This document shows, one piece after another, positions 10,176 to 17,779 of a stretch of 19,524 bases of DNA. Every line of letters starts with the position of its first letter. Position 1 is the first letter of the stretch. Source of the DNA: Chthoniobacteraceae bacterium (GTDB lineage Bacteria > Verrucomicrobiota > Verrucomicrobiia > Chthoniobacterales > Chthoniobacteraceae); contig JBEBGD010000104.1 of assembly GCA_040081625.1 (NCBI GenBank), forward strand, positions 1 through 19,524. The letters run 5' to 3'. The notes under the pieces were generated by a model. It searched no databases. It had not been told where the DNA came from and saw only the letters and a program-made list of their open reading frames with translations. Made by a program: the position numbers and the translations under genes.

Positions 10176-11768
10176 ATGCTCGCCTTCGCCATCACTCCCG
10201 CTCTCGGCATGTTCATCGCCTTCGTGGCGATCACGCTGGTCATCACCTACTTCAGCGCGCGCAAAGCCACCGGCTCCGCGGCTTACTTCGCCGCCGGGCG
10301 CTCGATCAAAGGCTGGCAGAACGGCCTCGCCGTCGCGGGCGACTACATGAGCGCCGCGAGCTTCCTCGGCATCTCGGGCATCATCTGCCTCAAGGGCTAC
10401 GATGGCTTCATGTATTCGGTCGGCTTCCTCGTGGCCTACCTCACCGTGCTGCTGCTCGTGGCGGAGCCGCTGCGCAATGCCGGCAAATACACGATGGCCG
10501 ACCTGCTCGCCTACCGGCTCAAGCAGCGGCCCGTGCGCGCGATGGCGTCGCTCAGCACGCTCACCGTCTCCACCTTCTACATGATCGCGCAGATGGTCGG
10601 CGCCGGCGGCATCATCGAGCAACTCATCGGCGTGCCCTTCGCTCCCGCGGTGATCGGCGTGGGCGTGCTCATGCTCGTGTATGTCGTCTTCGGCGGCATG
10701 CTCGCGACGACGTGGGTGCAGATCATCAAGGCCATCCTGCTCATGGCCGGCGCGTTCGCACTGAGCTGGATGGTGCTCGCCCGGCACGACTACAGCCTCA
10801 CCGCGTTTTTCAACAACGTCGCCGTCGCCGACTACGCCGGCACCAAACCGCCCGTGAACCTGCTCGATCCCGGCATGGCCTACGGTGCGAGCGCCGCGAA
10901 TCCTTACGGCGCGCTCGACTTCATCTCGCTGGCGCTCGGCCTCGTGCTCGGCACCGCGGGCCTGCCGCACATCCTCGTCCGCTTTTACACCGTGCCCGAC
11001 GCGAAGACCGCGCGCATCAGCGTCGTGTGGGCCACGGCGATCATCGGCGTCTTCTACGTGCTCACCACGTTCTTCGGATTCGGCGCCGCGACGCTGCTGA
11101 AGATGAGCGACATCCCGCTCGACGCGAAGGGCCTCCCGAATGGCAACATGGTCGCCCCGGTGCTCGCCCACGTGCTCGGCGGCGAGTTCTTCTTCGCCTT
11201 CATCAGCGCCGTCGCCTTCGCGACCATCCTCGCCGTCGTCGCCGGCCTCACGATGAGCGCGAGCACCAGCTTCGCGCACGACTTCTGGACCAACGTGATC
11301 CACCACGGCCGCGAGCATCGTCCCGGCGAGGAAGTGTTCGTCGCGCGCATCACCGCGTTCTTCGTCGGCGCCGCCAGCATCGCGATTGCGATCAAGCTCG
11401 GATCGAGCGTGAACGCCGCGATGCTCGTCGGCCTCGCCTTCGCCGTCGCCGCATCGGCGAACCTGCCCGTCATCCTCTTCTCGATCTTTTGGAAGCGCTT
11501 CAACACCACCGGCGCCGTGTGCGGCCTCGCCGCCGGTCTCGTCTCGTCGATCGTGCTGATCCTGCTCAGCAAGAACGGACTCTACGACGCGAAGACCGCG
11601 CCCTTCCCGCTCGCCAACCCCGGCATCGTCAGCATCCCGCTCGGCTTCCTCGGCGCGTATCTCGGCACCATCCTCACCGCGCGCGACATGGAGGCGGAGT
11701 CGAAGTTCGACGAACTCAGCGTGCGCTCGCAGACCGGCCTCGGGGCGGAAGGTGCGACCGCGCATTGA
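10176..11768 (+). CDS. actP: Cation/acetate symporter (sodium:solute symporter family)
   Basis: GWQNGLAVAGDYMSAASFLGISG, AEPLRNAGKYT, GTAGLPHILVRFYTVPDAK, AFATILAVVAGL, FAVAASANLP, ending RSQTGLGAE. Confidence 0.95.
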   Translation: MLAFAITPALGMFIAFVAITLVITYFSARKATGSAAYFAAGRSIKGWQNGLAVAGDYMSAASFLGISGIICLKGYDGFMYSVGFLVAYLTVLLLVAEPLRNAGKYTMADLLAYRLKQRPVRAMASLSTLTVSTFYMIAQMVGAGGIIEQLIGVPFAPAVIGVGVLMLVYVVFGGMLATTWVQIIKAILLMAGAFALSWMVLARHDYSLTAFFNNVAVADYAGTKPPVNLLDPGMAYGASAANPYGALDFISLALGLVLGTAGLPHILVRFYTVPDAKTARISVVWATAIIGVFYVLTTFFGFGAATLLKMSDIPLDAKGLPNGNMVAPVLAHVLGGEFFFAFISAVAFATILAVVAGLTMSASTSFAHDFWTNVIHHGREHRPGEEVFVARITAFFVGAASIAIAIKLGSSVNAAMLVGLAFAVAASANLPVILFSIFWKRFNTTGAVCGLAAGLVSSIVLILLSKNGLYDAKTAPFPLANPGIVSIPLGFLGAYLGTILTARDMEAESKFDELSVRSQTGLGAEGATAH

Positions 11769-11809
11769 TCGACCACGACGCCGCGAAGAGAAGCGCCTCG
11801 GCTGCCACT

Positions 11810-11840
11810 CTCCGTGGTCTTCGTGACCTTTGTGGTTAAA
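11810..11840. repeat. Degenerate 9-bp tandem triplet in intergenic region
   Basis: ctccgtggt / cttcgtgac / ctttgtggt followed by taaa. Minus strand reads tttaaccacaaaggtcacgaagaccacggag. Confidence 0.6.
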
Positions 11841-11851
11841 CTGACAGCGCC

Positions 11852-12955
11852 GTGTCCGCGATCCGTCATCTCTACTTCCACATCCCCTTCTGCCCGAAGC
11901 TCTGTCCGTATTGCTGCTTCTACGTCGAGGTCGGATCGAAGAACAAGACGCCTGCATTCCTCGACGCGCTGCTGCGCGAGGTCGATGCCGCCGCGCAGCG
12001 CTACGACCTGCGGCCGCGCACGATCTACTTCGGCGGCGGCACGCCCAGCGCGCTGCTCACGCCGCAACTCGAATACCTCCTCGCCGGACTTCGTGCGCGG
12101 ATCGATTTCTCGCGACTCGATGAAGTCTCGCTCGAGGCGAATCCCGCGACGATCCGCTCGGACAAGGCGCGCGTGCTGCGCGAAGGCGGCGTCACGCGGG
12201 TGAGCCTCGGCGTGCAGTCGTGGGACGACGCGCTTCTCACGACGCTCGGCCGCGTCCACAACGCCGCGCAAGCGGAGAAAACTTTCGGCGTCCTGCGCGA
12301 GGCCGGCTTCCAGAATCTGAACATCGACCTGATGTTCGCCGTGCCCGGCCAGACCGAGGCGCAGTGGCGCGCGACCCTCGAGAAGACGCTCGCGCTCCAG
12401 CCCGAGCACGTCTCCGCGTATTGCCTCACCTACGAGCAGGACACGGAGTATTTCCGCAAGCTCACCGGCGGGCAGTTCAAGCAGGACGACGAGCGCGACG
12501 CGTGCATGTTCGAGGCGACGATCGAGACGCTCGGCGGCGCCGGTTTCGAGCACTACGAGATCAGCAACTACGCGCGCCCCGGCCGCGAATCGCAGCACAA
12601 CAAGGCCTACTGGCTCGGCTCCGACTTCCTCGGCTTCGGCCCGAGCGCGTTCTCGAACGTCGGCTTCGACCGCTGGGAAAACGTGCGCGACACCGCGGAA
12701 TACACGCGCCGCAGTCTCGCGGGCGAAAGCGCCGTCGGGTTCACCGAGCAACTCACCCCCGAAAAACGGCGCGGCGAGATCGCGGCATTCGCGATGCGCA
12801 CGTCCGACGGCATGACCTCCGCGGAACTTGCGCCGTGGAGTGATCGCGTCGCACACTTCTTCGAGATCGGTCTGCTCGTGGAGCAAGCCGGGCGCGTGCG
12901 ACTCACACCGCGCGGCAAGCTGCTCGCCGACGCCGTGGCCGAGGCCTTCGTCTAG
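11852..12955 (+). CDS. hemW: Radical SAM heme chaperone HemW (HemN-like)
   Basis: LYFHIPFCPKLCPYC, TIYFGGGTPS, LEANP, RVSLGVQS, NIDLMFAVPGQT, HYEISNYA, HNKAYW (the HNxxYW motif of HemW). Confidence 0.92.
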   Translation: MSAIRHLYFHIPFCPKLCPYCCFYVEVGSKNKTPAFLDALLREVDAAAQRYDLRPRTIYFGGGTPSALLTPQLEYLLAGLRARIDFSRLDEVSLEANPATIRSDKARVLREGGVTRVSLGVQSWDDALLTTLGRVHNAAQAEKTFGVLREAGFQNLNIDLMFAVPGQTEAQWRATLEKTLALQPEHVSAYCLTYEQDTEYFRKLTGGQFKQDDERDACMFEATIETLGGAGFEHYEISNYARPGRESQHNKAYWLGSDFLGFGPSAFSNVGFDRWENVRDTAEYTRRSLAGESAVGFTEQLTPEKRRGEIAAFAMRTSDGMTSAELAPWSDRVAHFFEIGLLVEQAGRVRLTPRGKLLADAVAEAFV

Positions 12956-12958
12956 TGC

Positions 12959-13195
12959 CTACTTTTTCCCGGGGAAAAACTTCGGCGCGTCCTCGTGCAC
13001 CGCGGCGGGTGCATGCCCGGGCTTCTTCTCGTCGTGCTTCGCAGCAGCGGCATGAGGAGCGGCGGCGTGGCTGTCACCGGGGCCATCGGCGCCGTGCGTA
13101 TGCGTTATCGCCGTCTCGCCGGGCAGCGGATGGCGTTCGCACGCGGAAAAGGCGAACGCGAGGACGGCAGCGGAAAGAGCGGCAAATCGGATCAT
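12959..13195 (-). CDS. Small His-rich lipoprotein (78 aa)
   Basis: ATG 13195: MIRFAALSAAVLAFAFSA-C lipobox, then ERHPLPGETAITHTHG...; 8 His in the 60-residue mature part. Fills the gap between queD and hemW. Confidence 0.75.
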   Translation of the reverse strand: MIRFAALSAAVLAFAFSACERHPLPGETAITHTHGADGPGDSHAAAPHAAAAKHDEKKPGHAPAAVHEDAPKFFPGKK

Positions 13196-13206
13196 AAAGC
13201 GCGCGG

Positions 13207-13234
13207 ACGCTACCGCGCGAAGGCGGGCTGCCAA
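13207..13234 (-). promoter_or_regulatory. Putative sigma70 promoter (TTGGCA-N16-TAGCGT) for the lipoprotein gene
   Basis: Near-consensus hexamers with an AT-rich tract upstream. The -10 ends 11 nt before ATG 13195. Confidence 0.45.
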
Positions 13235-13248
13235 TGAAAAATTCCTGC

Positions 13249-13611
13249 TCACTCGCCCCGGTAGCTGCAGCGCGCAGTCGGCGTCTCGTGGATCACGATC
13301 TCCGCGAGCCCCGGCAACTGCGGCGCAAGCGCGCTCCAAAACCACGCGGCCATGTTCTCGATCGTCGGGTTCTCCAGCCCCGGCACTTCGTTCAGGTAGC
13401 CGTGGTCGAGTTGCTCGACGAGCGGCCGCATCGCACGGCTGATGTCCGCGTGGTCGAAGAACCAGCCGGTCTTCGGGTCGGACTCGCCCTCGACGCTGAT
13501 CTCGACCTTGAAGCTGTGGCCATGCATCTGCCGGCATTTGTGACCCTCCGGCGCACATGGCAGCGTCTGGGCCGCTTCGAAGGTGAAGTCTTTGGTAAGG
13601 CGAACTTTCAT
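13249..13611 (-). CDS. queD: 6-carboxy-5,6,7,8-tetrahydropterin synthase
   Basis: FTFEAAQTLP...KCRQMHGHSF...LDHGYLNEVPGLENPTIEN...IHET, directly downstream of queE. Confidence 0.92.
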   Translation of the reverse strand: MKVRLTKDFTFEAAQTLPCAPEGHKCRQMHGHSFKVEISVEGESDPKTGWFFDHADISRAMRPLVEQLDHGYLNEVPGLENPTIENMAAWFWSALAPQLPGLAEIVIHETPTARCSYRGE

Positions 13612-13620
13612 CGGTGGAAG

Positions 13621-14274
13621 TTAAACGCCACGCGCCCGCGGTTCCCAAATGAATTTGTGCATCTGGAGTTGGAAACGGACGGGCAGCTTATCCTCGAGCA
13701 CCCACTCGACGATCTGCCGCGGCTCGATGCGGCCGAAGATCGGCGAGAAGAGCACGCAACCCACTCGCGCGGCGAGATCATGCTCGCGCACCTGCGCCCG
13801 GCTCCACTCGTAGTCCTCGCGGCTGCCGATCACGAACTTCACCTCGTCGCGCTTTGTGAGGTGCGGGATGTTTGCGAAAAGATTCCGCGCGCACTCGCCG
13901 CTGCCGGGCGTCTTCAAGTCCATGATCCGATGCACGCGCGGGTCAATGCCGCCGATGTCGTGCGCGCCACTCGTCTCGACGAGCACGGTCTTCCCCGCGT
14001 CGCACAGCGCGGCCATGAGCGGCAGCACGTTCTTCTGCAGCAGTGGCTCGCCGCCGGTGATCTCAACCTGCGGGCAATCGAACGCGAGCACCTCGGCGAT
14101 CACTTCATCGAGCGGGCGCCGCTTGCCCTCGTAGAAGGCATACTCGGTGTCGCAGTAATTGCAGCGCAGGTCGCACGCGGTCGTCCGCACGAAGACGCAC
14201 GGCCAGCCCGCCCAGGAGCTCTCGCCCTGGATGGACTGGTAGATTTCGTTCACGACGAGCGACGGTGTGGACAT
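13621..14274 (-). CDS. queE: 7-carboxy-7-deazaguanine synthase (radical SAM)
   Basis: From ATG 14274: NEIYQSIQGE, FVRTTACDLRCNYCDT, ITGGEPLLQ, VETSG, MDLKTPGSG, RFQLQMHKFIW. Confidence 0.93.
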   Translation of the reverse strand: MSTPSLVVNEIYQSIQGESSWAGWPCVFVRTTACDLRCNYCDTEYAFYEGKRRPLDEVIAEVLAFDCPQVEITGGEPLLQKNVLPLMAALCDAGKTVLVETSGAHDIGGIDPRVHRIMDLKTPGSGECARNLFANIPHLTKRDEVKFVIGSREDYEWSRAQVREHDLAARVGCVLFSPIFGRIEPRQIVEWVLEDKLPVRFQLQMHKFIWEPRARGV

Positions 14275-14314
14275 GGACGGATGCACTGATGCACTAATGC
14301 GCCCGCACATCCAC

Positions 14315-15115
14315 ATGCCGAATCGCATCGACCAAAAATTCGCCGAGCTGCGCGCCGCCGGGCGCAAGGCCCTCATCACCTACATTTGCGCGGGCGACCC
14401 GACCCTCGCCCAGACGCGCGCTCTCTGCCTCAGCTTCGAGCGCGCGGGTGTGGACATCCTCGAGCTCGGGGTCCCCTTCTCCGACCCGCTCGCCGACGGC
14501 GTGGTGAATCAGATGGCCGCCACTCGCGCGCTCGAAGCCCGCACGACCGTGCGCGGCGTGCTCGACATGATCCGCGACCTGCGCCGCGAATCGCAGATCC
14601 CGATCGTGCTCTACACCTACCTGAACCCGATCTATCGCTACGGCTTCGCGGACTTTCACCGCGACGCGGAAGCCGCTGGCGTGGATGGGCTGCTGATCCT
14701 CGACCTGCCGCCGGATGAAGACGCCGCGACGACGGACTTCGAGGAGCACAGCGGCCTCAAGCGCATCCGCCTCATCGCGCCGACCACACCCGACGCCCGC
14801 ATCGCGCAGCTCACGCGCGGCGCGGGCGGCTTCATCTATTACGTCTCGCGGGAAGGCGTGACCGGCGAGCGCAGCGAAGTCGCTGCATCCATCGACGAAC
14901 GCGTCGCCGCCATCCGCGCGACCACGCCGCTGCCGATCGCCGTCGGCTTCGGCATCTCCACGCCCGAGCACGTGCGCGCCGTGGCGAAAGTCGCAGACGG
15001 CATCGTCGTCGGCAGCGCGATCGTGCGGCAGATCGGCGACATCGGAGACCGGCCGGAGCTCGTCGAAAAGCTCGCGACATTCGTAAAGCCGCTCGCCGAT
15101 GCGGCACACGGCTAG
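14315..15115 (+). CDS. trpA: Tryptophan synthase alpha chain
   Basis: From ATG 14315: YICAGDP, LELGVPFSDPLADG, DLPPDE, LIAPTT, FIYYVSREGVTG, VGFGIS, ADGIVVGSA. Confidence 0.96.
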   Translation: MPNRIDQKFAELRAAGRKALITYICAGDPTLAQTRALCLSFERAGVDILELGVPFSDPLADGVVNQMAATRALEARTTVRGVLDMIRDLRRESQIPIVLYTYLNPIYRYGFADFHRDAEAAGVDGLLILDLPPDEDAATTDFEEHSGLKRIRLIAPTTPDARIAQLTRGAGGFIYYVSREGVTGERSEVAASIDERVAAIRATTPLPIAVGFGISTPEHVRAVAKVADGIVVGSAIVRQIGDIGDRPELVEKLATFVKPLADAAHG

Positions 15116-16806
15116 ACGCGGAACAAGGCACCCATCTTCTTCCCGAGGATCCGGCTCGCGGTGAAGATCGTCAGCCCAAGGAAGGCCATCGCCCACACGC
15201 CGAGCGCGCTGGCGACGAAGCGGCCTTCGCCGAGGAGCTGGTAGAGTTCGTAGATCGCCTTGGTGATCGGGTAGTGCTGCTGCTTCTGCGCGAGGATGAG
15301 CGAGTCGCTGACCTCGAGCATCGCGAAGCTGAAGGCGAGCAGCGCGCCGGCGATGACGTTCGCCATGATCAGCGGGAGCGTGATGCGGCGCAGCGTGCGC
15401 AGCGGCGGGCAGCCGAGATTGTGCGCGGCTTCCTCGAGCGTGACGCTCGTCTGCTGCAGGCCGGCGACGGCACTGCGGACGATGTAGGGCAGGCGGCGGA
15501 CGGAATACGCGACGATGAGCAGGAGCGTGGGATCCTTGCCGGGATTGAAGGCGGCGAAGGGTTTGCCGTCCTGCGTCATCGAGAGATAGCCGAAGGCGAG
15601 CACGAGGCCGGGCACGGCGAGCGGGAGCATGGCCATCGCGTCGAGCAGCGCGCGGCCGGGCAGCGTCGTGCGGACCACGACGTAGGCGATCGCGAGACCG
15701 AGGAAGATGTCGATGAGCGTCGCGGCACTGGCGTATTTGAGGGAGTTTAGAATCGAGGGGACGGTGAGGTAATGGCCGAGCGCATTGTCGTAGTGCTCGA
15801 CCGTCCACTGCGCTGGCAGCACGGTGCGATACCACTCGCCGGAAAAGCTCACGCACACGACGCCGAGGTGCGGGAGCAACGCGAGGAAGATGACGGCGAC
15901 GAAGCCCGCGGTGCATAGCCAGCCGGAGAATCCATGCAGCGTGCGCGAGCCCCCGGCGGTCGTGGCTTTCGACATCATCGCCTGATCGCCGCGACCGAAG
16001 AGCAGCTTGCTCGTGAGATACGCGAGCACCGTCAGCACGAGCATCACGACGACGAGCGCAAAGGGGAACGGGTTGCCGGCGATCTCCTTCAAGCCGTAGA
16101 AAATCTGCACGCTCGTGACGCGCGTGTAGTCGAAGATGAGCGGCACGCCCAGCTCGGTGAACGAGAAGATGAAGACGATCGTGCCGCCCGCGAACAGCCC
16201 CGGCATGATGAGCGGCAGCGTGATGCGGCGGAACTTGCGCAGCCCGGTGCAGCCGAGGTTTTCCGCGGCCTCGCCCATCGCGGGGTCCACGTTCGCGAGC
16301 GCGGCGGTCACATTGAGATAGAGGATCGGGTAAAGGTGCAGCGCGTTGATGGCGACGATGCCCCAGAACTGCCCGTGCCCGAGCCAGTCGATGACTTCGT
16401 TTTCGCCGAGCAGGCCGAGCTTCTGCAGCGCGGAATTGACCGCGCCGTAACCGCCGAGCAGCGCGCGAATGCCGATGGCGCCGACGAATGGCGGCAGGAT
16501 CATCGGCACGAGCAGCAGCGCGCCGAGGATTTTCTTTCCGGGGAAATCGAAGCGGTCGGTGAGGAAAGCCAGCGGCAGCGCGATGGCGGTGGTCGCGATC
16601 GTGGAGAAGACGGCGAGGAAGAACGCGTTCCTCAGACCCTCGACATAGACTTCGTTGCGGAAGACCTCGGCGATGTAGTCGAGCGTGAAGTGGCCGTCCG
16701 CATCGAAGAGCGCGCCGCCGAGCGCCTGCGAGATCGGGTAGAGAAAGAACGCCGCGAAGAACGCGATGGTAAGCGCGTAGATGAGTGCGGCGAAGGTCTT
16801 CGACAT
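15112..16806 (-). CDS. ABC transporter permease, FbpB/iron(III)-thiamine type (two fused TM domains)
   Basis: From ATG 16806 (MSKTFAAL), 564 aa. Two EAA loops (EAAENLGC and EAAHNLGC, each followed by RRITLPL), plus PMILPPFVGA and PLAVPGLVLAFG. Confidence 0.9.
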   Translation of the reverse strand: MSKTFAALIYALTIAFFAAFFLYPISQALGGALFDADGHFTLDYIAEVFRNEVYVEGLRNAFFLAVFSTIATTAIALPLAFLTDRFDFPGKKILGALLLVPMILPPFVGAIGIRALLGGYGAVNSALQKLGLLGENEVIDWLGHGQFWGIVAINALHLYPILYLNVTAALANVDPAMGEAAENLGCTGLRKFRRITLPLIMPGLFAGGTIVFIFSFTELGVPLIFDYTRVTSVQIFYGLKEIAGNPFPFALVVVMLVLTVLAYLTSKLLFGRGDQAMMSKATTAGGSRTLHGFSGWLCTAGFVAVIFLALLPHLGVVCVSFSGEWYRTVLPAQWTVEHYDNALGHYLTVPSILNSLKYASAATLIDIFLGLAIAYVVVRTTLPGRALLDAMAMLPLAVPGLVLAFGYLSMTQDGKPFAAFNPGKDPTLLLIVAYSVRRLPYIVRSAVAGLQQTSVTLEEAAHNLGCPPLRTLRRITLPLIMANVIAGALLAFSFAMLEVSDSLILAQKQQHYPITKAIYELYQLLGEGRFVASALGVWAMAFLGLTIFTASRILGKKMGALFRV

Positions 16807-16919
16807 TGCGGGCGAGTTAGCGGATTCGCCCCGGCTACGTCGATCAACTTCGAGCGATGACGCCGGTAACGGCACTGGCGCGGCCCGCGTCTGCTGCGAT
16901 GATCCGCTCCGCCTTCGTC

Positions 16920-17717
16920 ATGACTGCCCTCGAACGCTTCCTCCTCACCACGCTCGGTATCACCATCGAGACGGGCCTGCGCTACGCTTTCTTCGCCGGG
17001 ATCGCGTGGCTTCTCTGCTACGTCCTTTTCAAGCGCCGCTGGTGGCACCGGAAGGTCGTGCAGCGCGAGCCGCTCGCCGCGGACGTGCGGCGCGAGATGC
17101 GCTACTCGCTGATGACGCTCGTCGTCTTTGGCGCGGTCGGCGCGCTGACGGTGGCCGCGGTGAAGGCTGGCTGGACGCAGATGTATTGGCGCATCGGCAG
17201 CTTCGGCTGGGGCTGGTTCGTCGCGAGCGTGGCGGTCGCGATCTTCGTCCACGACGCGTGGTTCTACTGGACGCACCGGCTCATGCACCACCGGCGGCTC
17301 TTCCGCTGGTTCCATCGCGGGCATCATCTCTCGACGAATCCGTCGCCGTGGGCGGCCTATGCGTTCGATCCGCTCGAGGCGGTCGTGCAGGCGCTCATCT
17401 TCCCGATCGCGATCACGATCATGCCGATGCACCCGCTCGCCTTCCTCGCGTTCATGACGTGGCAGATCATCTTCAACGTGGCCGGCCACACCGGCTACGA
17501 GCTCTGGCCGCGCTGGATGATGGATTCGTGGCTCGGAAAGTTTATGAACACGCCGACCAACCATGCGATGCACCATGAGTTCATCCGCGGAAACTACGGC
17601 CTCTATTTTAACTTCTGGGACCGGCTCATGGGGACGAATCAGGCGGGCTACGAAGATCGCTTCCGCGAAGTCACGTCGCGCGAGCGTGCGGAGGCGACGG
17701 TCCGCGGAAGCCGGTAA
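16920..17717 (+). CDS. Sterol desaturase / fatty acid hydroxylase family protein
   Basis: Histidine boxes HDAWFYWTHRLMH, HRGHH, GH and HAMHH, plus NYGLYFNFWDRLMGT. Start ATG 16920 preferred. Confidence 0.92.
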   Translation: MTALERFLLTTLGITIETGLRYAFFAGIAWLLCYVLFKRRWWHRKVVQREPLAADVRREMRYSLMTLVVFGAVGALTVAAVKAGWTQMYWRIGSFGWGWFVASVAVAIFVHDAWFYWTHRLMHHRRLFRWFHRGHHLSTNPSPWAAYAFDPLEAVVQALIFPIAITIMPMHPLAFLAFMTWQIIFNVAGHTGYELWPRWMMDSWLGKFMNTPTNHAMHHEFIRGNYGLYFNFWDRLMGTNQAGYEDRFREVTSRERAEATVRGSR

Positions 17718-17779
17718 TCAAAGCGTCGCGGCAGAATCCGCTTGCGCGAGTCGCAGACGGACGGCAAAGACGCGCGCTC

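Noticed and set aside
11810..11840. CRISPR array
   Set aside because: Repeats are 9 bp, contiguous, without spacers or cas genes.
11885..11925. Extra cysteine in the HemW radical SAM motif (CPYCCF instead of CxYCDF)
   Set aside because: The core CxxxCxxC is intact and the following position varies among homologues, so a single substitution is not enough to claim a new function.
9939..11957. Long antisense ORF (672 aa) over actP, and similar shadow ORFs (1164-2582, 14294-15916, 17840-19498)
   Set aside because: Expected stop-poor shadow frames in high-GC coding DNA, with no recognisable motifs.
13249..14274. queE-queD as part of a 7-deazaguanine DNA-modification (dpd) defence island
   Set aside because: No dpdA/tgt-like, helicase or nuclease genes nearby, and the context is housekeeping.
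14275..14314. preQ1 riboswitch ahead of queE-queD, or trp attenuator ahead of trpA
   Set aside because: No preQ1 stem with A-rich tail, no Trp-codon leader peptide, and too little space.
16920..17717. Evidence for bacterial sterol biosynthesis
   Set aside because: This family is widespread in bacteria, and no squalene epoxidase or oxidosqualene cyclase is present in the window.
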